Shown here in pieces: positions 28,909-39,200 of a stretch of DNA of 64,000 bases. The DNA is taken from the NCBI GenBank assembly GCA_964431735.1, contig CAYSLJ010000014.1, forward strand, positions 108 to 64,107. The letters are read 5' to 3'. Under the pieces are notes generated by a model. The model was not told the DNA's origin. It was given only the letters and a program-made list of their open reading frames with translations, and searched no databases. Position 1 is the first letter of the stretch; each line of letters begins with the position of its first letter. The position numbers were made by a program, and so were the translations under genes. This stretch comes from an uncultured Synergistia bacterium (lineage in GTDB: Bacteria; Vulcanimicrobiota; SpSt-956; JAKJGF01).

Positions 28909-31647
28909 ATGTTGTCCAATCTGACCGTAGATCTTCAGGGTGATAGAAAATACAGTTCTTTTGAGCAAATTTCTTCAATTATGTCAGAGATGGGTGAATA
29001 TATAAAAAGTGAAATAAAAAAAATCACCCATAAAATATTACTTGACGAATTATTCAAGGATAAAGAAGATACTCATATTACCGTCAGGAAATGCAGGGAA
29101 GAACTTGAAAAGAATCCTAAAGATCCTGTAGCCAATACCCACCTTGGTACAGCGTATCTCATTAAAGATAAAATTAATATGGCTATAAGACAATTTAAAA
29201 AATCTCTTGAGACTCTTCCTGGCTATGAAGAAGCTCTCTATTATATGGCAATAGCCTGTTATCTGCAGGACAAACCTGATAGTGCCTATGAATATTTCCA
29301 TAAAATTGATTTTAAACCTGATCTGGTAAGACTGTGTATTATGGGGGATATATATTATAATAACGGTGAGATACCTGATTCTATACAGTTTTTTAAAAAA
29401 GCCATAGAAATGGACAGTAATTTCCCTTTACCCTATATAGCACTGGGGAATATATGCAGTTTTGAAGGCAATTTCCCCAGAGCTATAGAGTGTTATGGTA
29501 AAGGGCTTGATATAGTTCAAAACAGTATTATATCACTGAGTATAGCTTTTAATCATTATCTTTCAGGCAATACACAGGATTGTATGGATATAATAAAAAA
29601 TCTTCTGGATAAAGACCAGGATTACAGTGCCGTTAATTTCGTCTATGCTTTTTTCCTTTCTCAGACAGATAATTTTGAAGATGCTATAAGATACTGTCAC
29701 AGGGCTATAGAGCTTGAAGAGTTAAACTATCTTTTTTATAAAACGCTGGGATATTTATATCTTAAGAGTGGAAACAGTGAAATAGCCATAGAAAGCTATA
29801 TGAAGTCTCTTGAAATAAACCCGGATAATTTATCTGCTTTTACAGGTCTGGCTTTTGCCCTTCAGTTTAGCGGTCAATTTGACAGAGCTCTTACAGAGTA
29901 TAAAGATATAATTTCAAGGTATCCTGATAGTGCAATTGTTTATTATCATATGGGTACTATAGAAAGAATAAAGGGAAACTTCGATAATGCCATAGAATAT
30001 TATACCAGAGCCATATCTCTGGATCGGAATATTGCTCTCCATCATGCAGGTCTCGGACTGGCATGTCTTGATAAATGGATAAAAAATCAGAAAAGTGATA
30101 AAAATCTGTTACTTCTTTCCCAGGACAGTATAAATCTGGCTTTGAAGCTTGATTCTTCTCTTTCTCTTGCCAGGCTCGGGCTGGGTATAATCTCTACTGA
30201 AAGAGATAATATCCCTGAAGGAATAAGACATTTTGAAGCACTTCTCAGGATTTCACCGGATTATTTCCCTGCAAAAGCAAAGCTCTATGAAGCCTTTCTT
30301 GCTCTGGCAGAAAAACATTTTGCTCAGGGCAAGCCTGAGCCTGCCATTGAAGCAGCGGAGAAAGCTCTGGAACTCAATCCCGATGAAGATATGGAGATGG
30401 AAGGGAATTTTACCTGTGTTCTTAAAGGGGCTAGAGACCATCTGATCAATTACTGTGAAAAAACAGGCGATCAGCTTTATAAAAAAGGTATGGTAAGCAA
30501 ATCACTTGAATATTATGAAAAAATCCTTGAATTGCAGCCTTATAATTCTATAATACATTTCAAGATCGGTACTATCTGTGCCATAAAAAAGGATTTTTCT
30601 GTGGCGGAAAAACATTATAAAGAAGCTCTGGCTGTGAAACCTGATTTTGATGACGCATGGTTTAATCTGGCTCTTCTTTATAAAAATACCGGTAATAACA
30701 CCGGAGCTATTGACTGTTTTCAGAGGTATTTAAACATGTCGCCGTCCGGTATCCATGCAGGTGAATGCAGAGAATATATAAGGGAGATTCTTCCGGAAAA
30801 GAAGAAAATAGAAGAACATTCTCTTCATATCCCTGATGAACATATAACATCTGTGGAACCTTTAATAAAGAAATCTGTCTGTGAGACTATTCCTTTCGAA
30901 TATCGGAAACAGAGCAGAATTTCTACCTATGTAGTTCATTACGGTCCTTTAGCTTCAGGTGAAGAAGAACTCTGTCTTATGGGAGATGTTTCAGGAAAGA
31001 GGATTTTAGACCTTGGATGTGGAGAAGGTCAAAATTCCATAGCTCTTGCACGACAGGGAGCAAGGGTAACAGCTCTGGAGTTTTCGGAAGAACAACTTCT
31101 TTTTGCATCGAAACTTGCCCGTGAAGCTAACGTAACAGTAAAATTTGTCTGTGATGATATTGAAAAATTTTCTTCTCTGGAGGGGCAGAAATTTGATATA
31201 GTTTTATCTTCTTTTACTCTATCCTCTATAGAAAATATATCACGAGCATTTATTAATGTGAGAAGAGTTATTAAAGACAGCGGCCTCTTTGTTTTTTCTA
31301 TGGAACACCCTTTGATGACAAACATATCTGAAGAAGATTATCTGTTCTTTCAGGGAAAAAGTTATCCTTTGATGAAAAATTATTTTCATACAGGTAAAGA
31401 GGAGAGACGCTCAAATAATAAAACTGCAGTAGTATATAAAAGAAAGCTTGAAGACATAATAAATCCTCTTTTATCCTCAGGTTTTCATCTCAGACAGATT
31501 ATAGAACCTCCTGTTTACGATATTAATAAAATGTCTCAGGAGGAAATAGATGACATACCATTTTTACCATGTCAGGAAGAGTGTAAATATATTTTATCAA
31601 TGCAGATACCCGTTAGTATTATAATTAAAGCTGTGGCTCTAAGTTGA
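28909..31647 (+). CDS. TPR-repeat protein with C-terminal class I SAM-dependent methyltransferase
   Basis: Long TPR array, then ILDLGCGEG, FDIVLSS, GLFVFSMEHP. Confidence 0.88.
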   Translation: MLSNLTVDLQGDRKYSSFEQISSIMSEMGEYIKSEIKKITHKILLDELFKDKEDTHITVRKCREELEKNPKDPVANTHLGTAYLIKDKINMAIRQFKKSLETLPGYEEALYYMAIACYLQDKPDSAYEYFHKIDFKPDLVRLCIMGDIYYNNGEIPDSIQFFKKAIEMDSNFPLPYIALGNICSFEGNFPRAIECYGKGLDIVQNSIISLSIAFNHYLSGNTQDCMDIIKNLLDKDQDYSAVNFVYAFFLSQTDNFEDAIRYCHRAIELEELNYLFYKTLGYLYLKSGNSEIAIESYMKSLEINPDNLSAFTGLAFALQFSGQFDRALTEYKDIISRYPDSAIVYYHMGTIERIKGNFDNAIEYYTRAISLDRNIALHHAGLGLACLDKWIKNQKSDKNLLLLSQDSINLALKLDSSLSLARLGLGIISTERDNIPEGIRHFEALLRISPDYFPAKAKLYEAFLALAEKHFAQGKPEPAIEAAEKALELNPDEDMEMEGNFTCVLKGARDHLINYCEKTGDQLYKKGMVSKSLEYYEKILELQPYNSIIHFKIGTICAIKKDFSVAEKHYKEALAVKPDFDDAWFNLALLYKNTGNNTGAIDCFQRYLNMSPSGIHAGECREYIREILPEKKKIEEHSLHIPDEHITSVEPLIKKSVCETIPFEYRKQSRISTYVVHYGPLASGEEELCLMGDVSGKRILDLGCGEGQNSIALARQGARVTALEFSEEQLLFASKLAREANVTVKFVCDDIEKFSSLEGQKFDIVLSSFTLSSIENISRAFINVRRVIKDSGLFVFSMEHPLMTNISEEDYLFFQGKSYPLMKNYFHTGKEERRSNNKTAVVYKRKLEDIINPLLSSGFHLRQIIEPPVYDINKMSQEEIDDIPFLPCQEECKYILSMQIPVSIIIKAVALS

Positions 31648-31722
31648 GAGTTGAACGTTGAGGGTTGAGAGTCTAAAGCTGAAAATTAACTGGCTCTAAA
31701 CTATAAACCTTAAACTATAAAT
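31642..31722. repeat. Opposed heptamer arrays between convergent genes
   Basis: AGTTGAG AGTTGAA CGTTGAG GGTTGAG ... CTCTAAA CTATAAA CCTTAAA CTATAAA. Confidence 0.6.
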
Positions 31723-31727
31723 TCCTT

Positions 31728-32897
31728 TTACTTGCCGAATAAAATATTCAATTTTCCCTCTTCAAACTTAGCTTCCTGAAGTGTCATGGACGTTAAAATT
31801 CTCGGCAATATAAGATTTCTTTTATAAGAATTTGTCTTTATTATGAGTTCATCCCCTTTTATCCACATATCCAGATCTTTTTTATCCACACAGGGTATTT
31901 TTACTGAGAGACAGTATTTTTCTTTAGGTATTTTCTCCTGTATCTCTATAGATTTACCATCTGTGAATATTTGAGCGGGATTATTGTTTTCGTATATATG
32001 ATTCCCGAGCAAGTTCAATTTTTCCAGCCCTGTTATTTCTTCATCAAAGAGATGAACAGGAAATAACTTCATACCGGGAAAAGATTCCTCTATTGTTTTA
32101 AGATGTTTTTCCTGAAGGATTTTCCATTTACCAAAATAACTGTCATGTATTTCCTGCGGGTAAATACGGTTGATAAATATGGCATCTACTCGGTAACCGA
32201 ATAGATTCATATAGGTATAAGCTCTCTGTGCTTCTTTTATGACCATTTTTTCAGGATTTACTACAAATCTTATGGATGTTGTATGTTCATTACAGAGAAG
32301 TTCTTTCATGCCGTCAAGGGCAAGTATGAGATTTTTTACACTGGCAAAAACATCTTCCGTAGGAAGCTGTACACCGTAAAGACCTTTTACTACAGGACCT
32401 GCTATCTTTGCTGCCTGACGTTGAATGGGAAATATGGTTTTAAGATACCATTTGCCTACTTCTGGGAAACTCAGTTTCCTTATAGTATCGGCAGTGGGAG
32501 CACAATCTATTATGATAACATCATATTTCCCTGTTCTGTAGTATTCTTTAAGTGTAAGGAGACTGAAAAGTTCTTCCATGCCCGGGAATACAGATATTTC
32601 CTCTGCAAGTATATTATCAATACCTCTGCTCTCAAGAGTTGTTTTTATAAAATTCTGTATATCTTTCCAGTGTTTCTGTAATTCTTTACCTGCATCTATT
32701 TCCTGGCCGTACAGATTTGGAGCCAGTTTTACCGGCTCAGGCCCTATGGAAAGGTCGAAAGAATCTGAAAGACTGTGGGCACTGTCTGTGCTCATTACAA
32801 GGGTGGATTTGCCAAGTTCTGCACATTTTACGGCAGTAGCGGCAGAAATGCTTGTTTTTCCGACTCCGCCTTTACCTGTTATTATTAAGATTCTCAC
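31728..32897 (-). CDS. ArsA/Get3-family ATPase with C-terminal HSP20-like domain
   Basis: GKGGVGKTS, STDSAHSLSD, DCAPT. Start corrected to GTG at 32897 after AGGAG. Confidence 0.9.
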   Translation of the reverse strand: MRILIITGKGGVGKTSISAATAVKCAELGKSTLVMSTDSAHSLSDSFDLSIGPEPVKLAPNLYGQEIDAGKELQKHWKDIQNFIKTTLESRGIDNILAEEISVFPGMEELFSLLTLKEYYRTGKYDVIIIDCAPTADTIRKLSFPEVGKWYLKTIFPIQRQAAKIAGPVVKGLYGVQLPTEDVFASVKNLILALDGMKELLCNEHTTSIRFVVNPEKMVIKEAQRAYTYMNLFGYRVDAIFINRIYPQEIHDSYFGKWKILQEKHLKTIEESFPGMKLFPVHLFDEEITGLEKLNLLGNHIYENNNPAQIFTDGKSIEIQEKIPKEKYCLSVKIPCVDKKDLDMWIKGDELIIKTNSYKRNLILPRILTSMTLQEAKFEEGKLNILFGK

Positions 32898-32917
32898 GGT
32901 GTTTCTCCTTTTATAGT

Positions 32918-33062
32918 AGTGACGCGTAACGCGTAACGCGTGACGGGTGGTTTCGTAATGCGTGATGCGTATTTTCACCGGGTAAGGGGGGAACACAGGG
33001 GGGCGCCCCTACAACTCACCATAATCGTAACGCGTTACGGGTAAGTTTCACTTTTCACTTTT
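32918..33062. repeat. Heptamer blocks with a GTAG-type REP-like palindrome
   Basis: GTGACGC/GTAACGC units; minus strand reads GTAGGGGCGCCCCC..TGTGTTCCCCCC; TTTCACT x3. Confidence 0.65.
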
Positions 33063-33064
33063 CA

Positions 33065-33565
33065 CTACTCACCAATTAATTGTAAAAACTTTAAAGCCTT
33101 TACGTTAAAATTTTCAAAGATACATAGTCTGTCAAGTATTATTTCTGTATCTTTTCTTTTTTCTTCATCCGTTTCCGAAAGAGATTCTTCCAGAAGATTT
33201 TTGCTTTTTTCTACAATCTGAAGTGTCATGTTCAGTTTCTGCTTTGCCTTGTTTCTGAAGTCTTCTCTTATTACATGCCACAGGTCATGTCTTATTTCAT
33301 AATATTTTTTCCTGCTCTTTTTAATATAGGATCTGCCTATTAAATCCCTTTCTTCAAGGTGTTTCAGATAGAGACTTACAGTTCCTTTTGTAAGAGAAAG
33401 CCTTTCACATATATCGTCCAGAGAAAGAGGGAGAGGACTTATGTAAAGAAGCCCGTAAATTCTGCTCATTGCCTCACTGAAACCCATTAATTCACCTGTC
33501 CGGGCAATAGAATTGACAAATTTGTCCTGAATTTTTGTTATCTCTTCATCCATAATAAAACCCAC
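33065..33565 (-). CDS. GbsR/MarR-type winged-helix regulator
   Basis: MSRIYGLLYISPLPLSLDDICERLSLTKGTVS..RKKYY. Confidence 0.85.
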   Translation of the reverse strand: MGFIMDEEITKIQDKFVNSIARTGELMGFSEAMSRIYGLLYISPLPLSLDDICERLSLTKGTVSLYLKHLEERDLIGRSYIKKSRKKYYEIRHDLWHVIREDFRNKAKQKLNMTLQIVEKSKNLLEESLSETDEEKRKDTEIILDRLCIFENFNVKALKFLQLIGE

Positions 33566-33576
33566 TTTACCCTTTA

Positions 33577-34116
33577 CTACTTTATTTCTACCTTTTTAAT
33601 TTTTGTTGTATCTACATCCAGAATTTCATTGAGCATAACAGCTTTAAGAATTCTCCTGCCCACTTCATTCATTCTTCTTACTCTTTCCAGTCTTTCATAG
33701 AGGAGTTTCCCCACAATTCTATCGGAATAATCAAGTTCTTCTTCGCATGTTTCCAGAAGGCTCTGACATTCACTTACTGCTTTCAGTGTAAGATCTATTT
33801 TTTCTCTCATCTTTGTTTTTAACCTGTTAAGTGCAACATCAATAACATTATGGGCTATTTCATAGGCAATCTCTTCCGAGCCTTTCATTCTTACTTCTTT
33901 TATTACGCCATGGGTCAATCCTTTATCCAGAACGTCCTGAATTTTTTCCGCCTTTATTTTCAGTTTATCACCTATCTCTCTTTTTGTAAGAGGTTTTTCA
34001 CTTATATAGAAATATGCCATTATCTGGCCTTTTTCTCCGTCCTTTTCGAAGAGATTGCACACAGTGTTTACATGTTGAACAAAATGTTCCTGTGCTTTTA
34101 CTAAATTTGTATGCAT
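33577..34116 (-). CDS. Divergent GbsR/MarR-type winged-helix regulator
   Basis: GQIMAYFYISEKPLTKREIGDKL; collinear with the downstream paralog. Confidence 0.7.
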   Translation of the reverse strand: MHTNLVKAQEHFVQHVNTVCNLFEKDGEKGQIMAYFYISEKPLTKREIGDKLKIKAEKIQDVLDKGLTHGVIKEVRMKGSEEIAYEIAHNVIDVALNRLKTKMREKIDLTLKAVSECQSLLETCEEELDYSDRIVGKLLYERLERVRRMNEVGRRILKAVMLNEILDVDTTKIKKVEIK

Positions 34117-34135
34117 ATAAAAATCCTCCTTTTTT

Positions 34136-34196
34136 AATATTTGAAAGTTTTCAAATATTTCAAATATATATTATAATAAAAAAATCAATCTGTCAA
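34136..34196 (-). promoter_or_regulatory. Promoter and palindromic operator of the regulator-regulator-arsA unit
   Basis: TTGACA(34196-34191)-17 nt-TAATAT; perfect 11-bp inverted repeat AATATTTGAAA-GT-TTTCAAATATT at 34136-34159. Confidence 0.7.
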
Positions 34197-34335
34197 GATG
34201 GTGATTTTCTTAAGTGTCTGTGATAAAATAAAAGACACGGAGGAGGTGATGTATCATATTAAATGAACATGATGAGTTGGACGGAAAGGATATACTGTCT
34301 GGCTTTAAATGTCAGGTGAGAGATATATTTATTAA

Positions 34336-34442
34336 TCCATGATTTATATGAGAATTGTGAAGGGTGAATAGTGAGTGGAAAATTCTGCTTCTACTCACTA
34401 CTCACCATTCACTACTCACTTAAATTCTAATAAGTTATGAAA
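34336..34442. mobile_element. Family E element
   Basis: Inverted GTGAAGG/AGTGAGT versus ACTCACT heptamers; right end AATTCTAATAAGTTATGAAA is identical to 21637-21656. Confidence 0.6.
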
Positions 34443-34476
34443 TACACTATAAATTATAGAAATTATAGAAAGGGTT

Positions 34477-35469
34477 ATGAAAACTATGAAAAAAATTTTT
34501 ACTGTTCTTTTTTTATTTTTCTTGATGGTGCCTGCAATGGCAGAACAAAAAATCGTAATGGCCCACAGAGGAGCCTGTGGATATCTCCCGGAACATACTC
34601 TTCCCGGCTATGCCATGGCCTATGCCATGGGGGCAGATTATATAGAACCCGATGTGGTACTTACGAAAGATGATGTTTTTATCTGTGTTCATGACATATA
34701 TATAGACGATACGACAGATGTAAAGGAAATTTTTCCTGAGAGGCAGCGTAAGGACGGTCACTGGTATGCAGTGGATTTTACCCTTGCGGAAATAAAACAG
34801 TTACATGCTCATGAGAGGACAAATAAAGACGGCACATCCGTATTCCCCGTAAGATTTCCTCAGGGTATGAGTAAATTCGAAGTGCCTACCTTTGCGGACA
34901 TGATTGAACTTATTCAGGGACTTAATAAAAGCACAGGGCGCAATGTAGGTATATGTCCTGAATTTAAGAGTCCGTCTTTTCATAAGAAAGAGGGACATCA
35001 GGGAGAGGAAAAGCTTCTTGAATTTCTTTCTGAATACGGATATAAAGATAAAGACTCCAATATATATCTTCAATGTTTTGATCCTGATTGTCTCAAAAAG
35101 ATTCGTTTTGAATTAAAGAGTGAATTACCTCTTCTTCAGCTTATAGGAGAGCCGGAATGGGAATATACGAACGAAGTGGCTTATATAAATGAATTAAATA
35201 AAGAAAATCTGACCGAAATAGCAACCTATGCAGATGTTCTTTCTCCTGAGAAATCCAGACTGGAAAGAAATCATGATCTTGTTAACCTTGCCCATCAAGC
35301 GGGATTAAAGGTAATTCCTTATACTTTCAGAGCAGATTCTCTACCCGGACAATATAAAACTTTCGAAGAAGAATTGAACCAGTTTTATGTGGTTTACGGA
35401 GTAGACGGTATTTTTACGGATTTTGCCGACAGGGCAATGAATTTTGTAAGATCTCTGGAGTGTGAGTAG
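34477..35469 (+). CDS. glpQ: Secreted glycerophosphodiester phosphodiesterase
   Basis: Signal peptide, AHRGACGYLPEHTL, ADYIEPDVVLTKD, GVDGIFTDF. Confidence 0.92.
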   Translation: MKTMKKIFTVLFLFFLMVPAMAEQKIVMAHRGACGYLPEHTLPGYAMAYAMGADYIEPDVVLTKDDVFICVHDIYIDDTTDVKEIFPERQRKDGHWYAVDFTLAEIKQLHAHERTNKDGTSVFPVRFPQGMSKFEVPTFADMIELIQGLNKSTGRNVGICPEFKSPSFHKKEGHQGEEKLLEFLSEYGYKDKDSNIYLQCFDPDCLKKIRFELKSELPLLQLIGEPEWEYTNEVAYINELNKENLTEIATYADVLSPEKSRLERNHDLVNLAHQAGLKVIPYTFRADSLPGQYKTFEEELNQFYVVYGVDGIFTDFADRAMNFVRSLECE

Positions 35470-35549
35470 TGAGTTGTGAGTAGTGAGTCGTGAAGAGTGA
35501 AGGGTGAAGGGTGAAGATTATGGGCGACCACAGGGGGTCGCCCGGTACC
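35461..35549. repeat. GTGAGTA/GTGAAGG heptamer run followed by a REP-like palindrome
   Basis: Eight GTGA-phased 7-mers; GGGCGACC-ACAGGG-GGTCGCCC-GGTAC. Confidence 0.7.
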
Positions 35550-35556
35550 GGTAAAA

Positions 35557-35898
35557 TACGCATTACGCGTCACGCGTTACGCGTCACGATTATAGTGAGC
35601 GGTGATTTTCATAGAAACCACGCATTACGCATTACGCATCACGCATCACGCATTACGAAACCACCTGTCACGCGTCACGCGTTACGCGTCACGATTATAG
35701 TGAGCGGTGATTTTCATAGAAACCACGCATTACGCATTACGCATCACGCATCACGCATTACGAAACCACCTGTCACGCGTCACGCGTTACGCGTCACGAT
35801 TATAGTGAGCGGTGATTTTCATAGAAACTACGCATTACGCATCACGCATTACGCATTACGAAACCACCCGTCACGCGTCACGCGTTACGCGTCACGAT
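35557..35898. repeat. 105-bp tandem repeat (about 3.3 units) composed largely of heptamers
   Basis: GATTATAGTGAGCGGTGATTTTCATAGAAAC at 35588, 35693 and 35798 (period 105). Confidence 0.92.
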
Positions 35899-35924
35899 TT
35901 ATTATCACGATTAAAATAAAAATA

Positions 35925-35953
35925 TTGACAGAGAAATTAACTCATGATAAAAT
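35925..35953 (+). promoter_or_regulatory. Sigma70 promoter for rpoBC
   Basis: TTGACA-17 nt-TAAAAT with an extended -10 TG. Confidence 0.8.
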
Positions 35954-36295
35954 GGGAAGTGCTGTCTATAGATAGATAGTGGAATTTCAGCTTATATGTA
36001 AAGAATTCTTTATTAGTAAACTGAAATAATGTCCTGACCCCACAGAAAGGTTTATGCTTGCCCATGGAGATTTTTTCAGGTGTCTCATAAGTAGCAGGTC
36101 ATTAAAACAGCACAGTAAGCAAGGAAGGAAGATGCAATATTAATAAAATCTTTCCTTATTTTTATTTGTGTTGTTATTTTATTTTTTTTAATCTTTTCTG
36201 AGAGAAGAGAGGTGAATGATAAAAGTTAAATTTTTCTGGTCAGGTCAGGTGTTTCAAATTTGCTTGTACAGGCGTTGTAAAGGAGTGTCTGAGAA

Positions 36296-39200
36296 TTGGT
36301 AATTACACGTCATGGAAAAAGGGAGAAAAGTTTTTCTAAAATTTCCGAAATTGCGGAATTACCCTATTTAATCGAAACTCAGATCTGTTCTTATGAATGG
36401 TTTCTGAATGAGGGAATGAGGCAGGCTTTCAGGGATTTATCTCCTATTACCGATTTTACCGGTAATATAGTCCTGGAATTTCTGGAGTATTATCTTGGAG
36501 ATTGTATGATTTCCATACCTGAAACTGCTGAAAGAGGACTCGAAGATGTTACGATAAAACAGCTTCAATCTTACACAAAATATTCGGTAAAACAGTGCAG
36601 GGAGAGGGATATGACCTATTCTATTCCTCTTAAAGCCAAGGTAAGGCTTATAAAAAAGGATCAGGGGGAAGTAAAAGAAATAAAGGAACAGACAATATTT
36701 ATAGGAGATTTCCCTTTGATGACAGAAAAGGGCACCTTTGTAATAAACGGTGCGGAACGTGTCATAGTCAGCCAGTTAGTTCGTTCACCTGGAGTTTACT
36801 TCCAGTCCACAAAAGACAAAACCGGTAAGGATCTCTTTACTGCTACGGTAATACCTGACAGGGGAGCATGGCTTGAACTGGCAAGTGACATAAAAGATAT
36901 TATATCTGTCAGAATAGACAGAACCAGAAAACTTCCTGCTACAGTACTTCTTAGAGCTCTTGGATATGAATCCAATGAGGAAATAGTCAAGCTCCTTGGA
37001 GAAAGTGCCTGCGTGGAAGCTACTATTGCCAAGGACAGTATAACAAATCAGGAAAATGCTCTGGTAGAAATTTATAAGAAATTACGCCCCGGTGATCCTC
37101 CCACACTTGAAAGTGCACAGAATTTGTTGAATACCCTCTTTTTTAACCCCCGTCGTTACAATCTTGGTTATGTAGGACGTTACAAGTTAATAAAGAAACT
37201 CTCTTTAAGAGAAACATGTCTTGAGTGTGGCTTTGAGAATTCACAGGGGCAGACAGAATGTGCCAGATGTGAAGCTCCTCTTGTTCACAATCAGGTTTTA
37301 ACAAACAGAGACATAGTTGAAATTATAAGTTATCTTGTCGGGTTAATTGATGCAAAGGCCGGCTATTATGTAGATGATATAGATCATTTAGGTAATAGAA
37401 GAGTCAGGGCGGTAGGCGAGTTACTCTTAAATCAGTTCCATGTAGGACTTCTGAGACTTGAGAGGGTTGTAAGAGAAAGGATGACTGTTCAGGATGCTGA
37501 AACAGTGACTCCTCAGGCTCTTATTAATATAAGACCTGTAGTGGCTGTATTGAAAGAATTCTTTGGAAGCAGTCAGTTATCTCAATTTATGGATCAGACC
37601 AATTCTCTTGCAGAACTAACTCATAAACGCCGATTGAGTGCCCTGGGCCCCGGAGGACTCAGCAGGGAAAGAGCAGGTTTTGAAGTAAGAGATGTCCATC
37701 ATTCCCATTATGGTCGTATATGTCCTATTGAAACACCTGAAGGCCCGAATATCGGTCTTATAGGTTCTATGGCTACCTATTCAAAGGTCAACAAATACGG
37801 CTTCATTGAGACACCTTACAGAAAAGTGGTAAACGGTGTCGTTACTGATGAAGTAGTATATATGACAGCCGATGAGGAAGACAAGCATGTAATAGCTCAG
37901 GCCAATGCCGCTCTGGATGAAGAAAATAGATTTGTTCAGCCCAGAATTGCAGCAAGAGAAAAAGGTGAGATTACTACCAAGAGGCCTGATGAAATACATT
38001 ATATAGATGTTTCTCCGAAGCAGATAGTCAGTGTGGCTACTGCACTTATTCCTTTCCTTGAACATGATGATGCAAACCGTGCTCTTATGGGAGCAAACAT
38101 GCAGAGACAGGGAGTGCCGCTCCTTGTAAAGGATTCTCCTCTCGTAGGAACAGGTATAGAATACAGGGCAGCAAGAGATTCCGGCTGTCTTGTCGTGGCA
38201 GAACAGGATGGTATTGTGAAGAAAGTAACTGCCAATGAAATAGTTGTGGAAGATGAGCAGAGACAGGAAAATAAATATGAACTTCTCAAATTTATCAGAT
38301 CCAATGCCGGAACCTGTGTGAAACAGGATCCCATAGTGCACCTTGGAGAGAAAGTACATAAAGGAGAAGTTCTTGCAGACGGTTCTTCAAGTGTAGACGG
38401 AGAACTGGCTCTTGGCAGAAATGTCCTTGTAGCTTTTATGCCATGGGAAGGTTATAATTATGAAGACGCAATTTTAGTAAGTGAAGAATTTTTAATAGAA
38501 GATCTTTATACCTCCATTCATATAGAAGAATATGATGCCGAAGCAAGGGATACAAAACTTGGTTCGGAAGAAATAACAAGGGAAATTCCCAGTGTAGGTG
38601 ATGATGCCCTTAAAAACCTGGATGAAAGAGGTATAATAAGAGTAGGCGCAGATGTTCGTCCTGAAGATATTCTTGTAGGTAAGGTAACTCCTAAAGGTGA
38701 GACAGACCTTACTGCAGAAGAAAGATTACTCCGTGCAATTTTCGGTGAAAAAGCCAGAGATGTAAGGGATACTTCATTGAGAGTTCCTCATGGAGAAAAG
38801 GGTAAAGTTATAGATGTAAAGGTATTTTCCCGCGAGGACGGAGATGAACTGGCTCCCGGTATAAATAAACTGGTAAGAGTATATGTGGCTCAAAAGAGAA
38901 AAATCCTTCAGGGAGATAAAATGGCAGGCCGTCACGGTAACAAAGGAGTAGTGGCAAAGATTCTTCCCAAAGAAGATATGCCCTATTTACCTGACGGAAC
39001 TCCAATTCAGATAGTTCTTAACCCTCTCGGCGTACCTTCCCGTATGAATATAGGTCAGATACTTGAAACCCATCTCGGATGGGCTGTTAAAGCACTGGGT
39101 ATAAAGATTCAGACCCCTGTATTTGACGGAGCAAATGAAGAAGAAATCAGAGCCATGATGAGGATGGCAGGACTTCCTGAAAATGGTAAATCCATACTTT

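Noticed and set aside
31728-32897. Arsenic resistance operon (ArsA with the ArsB-like permease at 16105)
   Set aside because: The genes are 14 kb apart, no arsR/arsC/arsD is present, and this ArsA is single-domain with an HSP20-like tail.
32898-32996. N-terminal extension of ArsA in the ORF track (likewise 25573-25641 for the ADH-like gene)
   Set aside because: The extensions translate heptamer repeats; better SD-start pairs lie downstream.
35557-35898. CRISPR array interpretation (31-nt repeat with regular spacing)
   Set aside because: The intervening sequences are near-identical heptamer runs rather than unique spacers, and no cas genes are present.
35511-35975. 154-aa ORF with 35-aa repeats
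   Set aside because: It is a translation of the 105-bp repeat, runs across the rpoB promoter, and has no convincing SD.
36030-36115. Glycine or other known riboswitch in the rpoB leader
   Set aside because: Only a TTTCAGG fragment matches; the other conserved aptamer motifs are missing.
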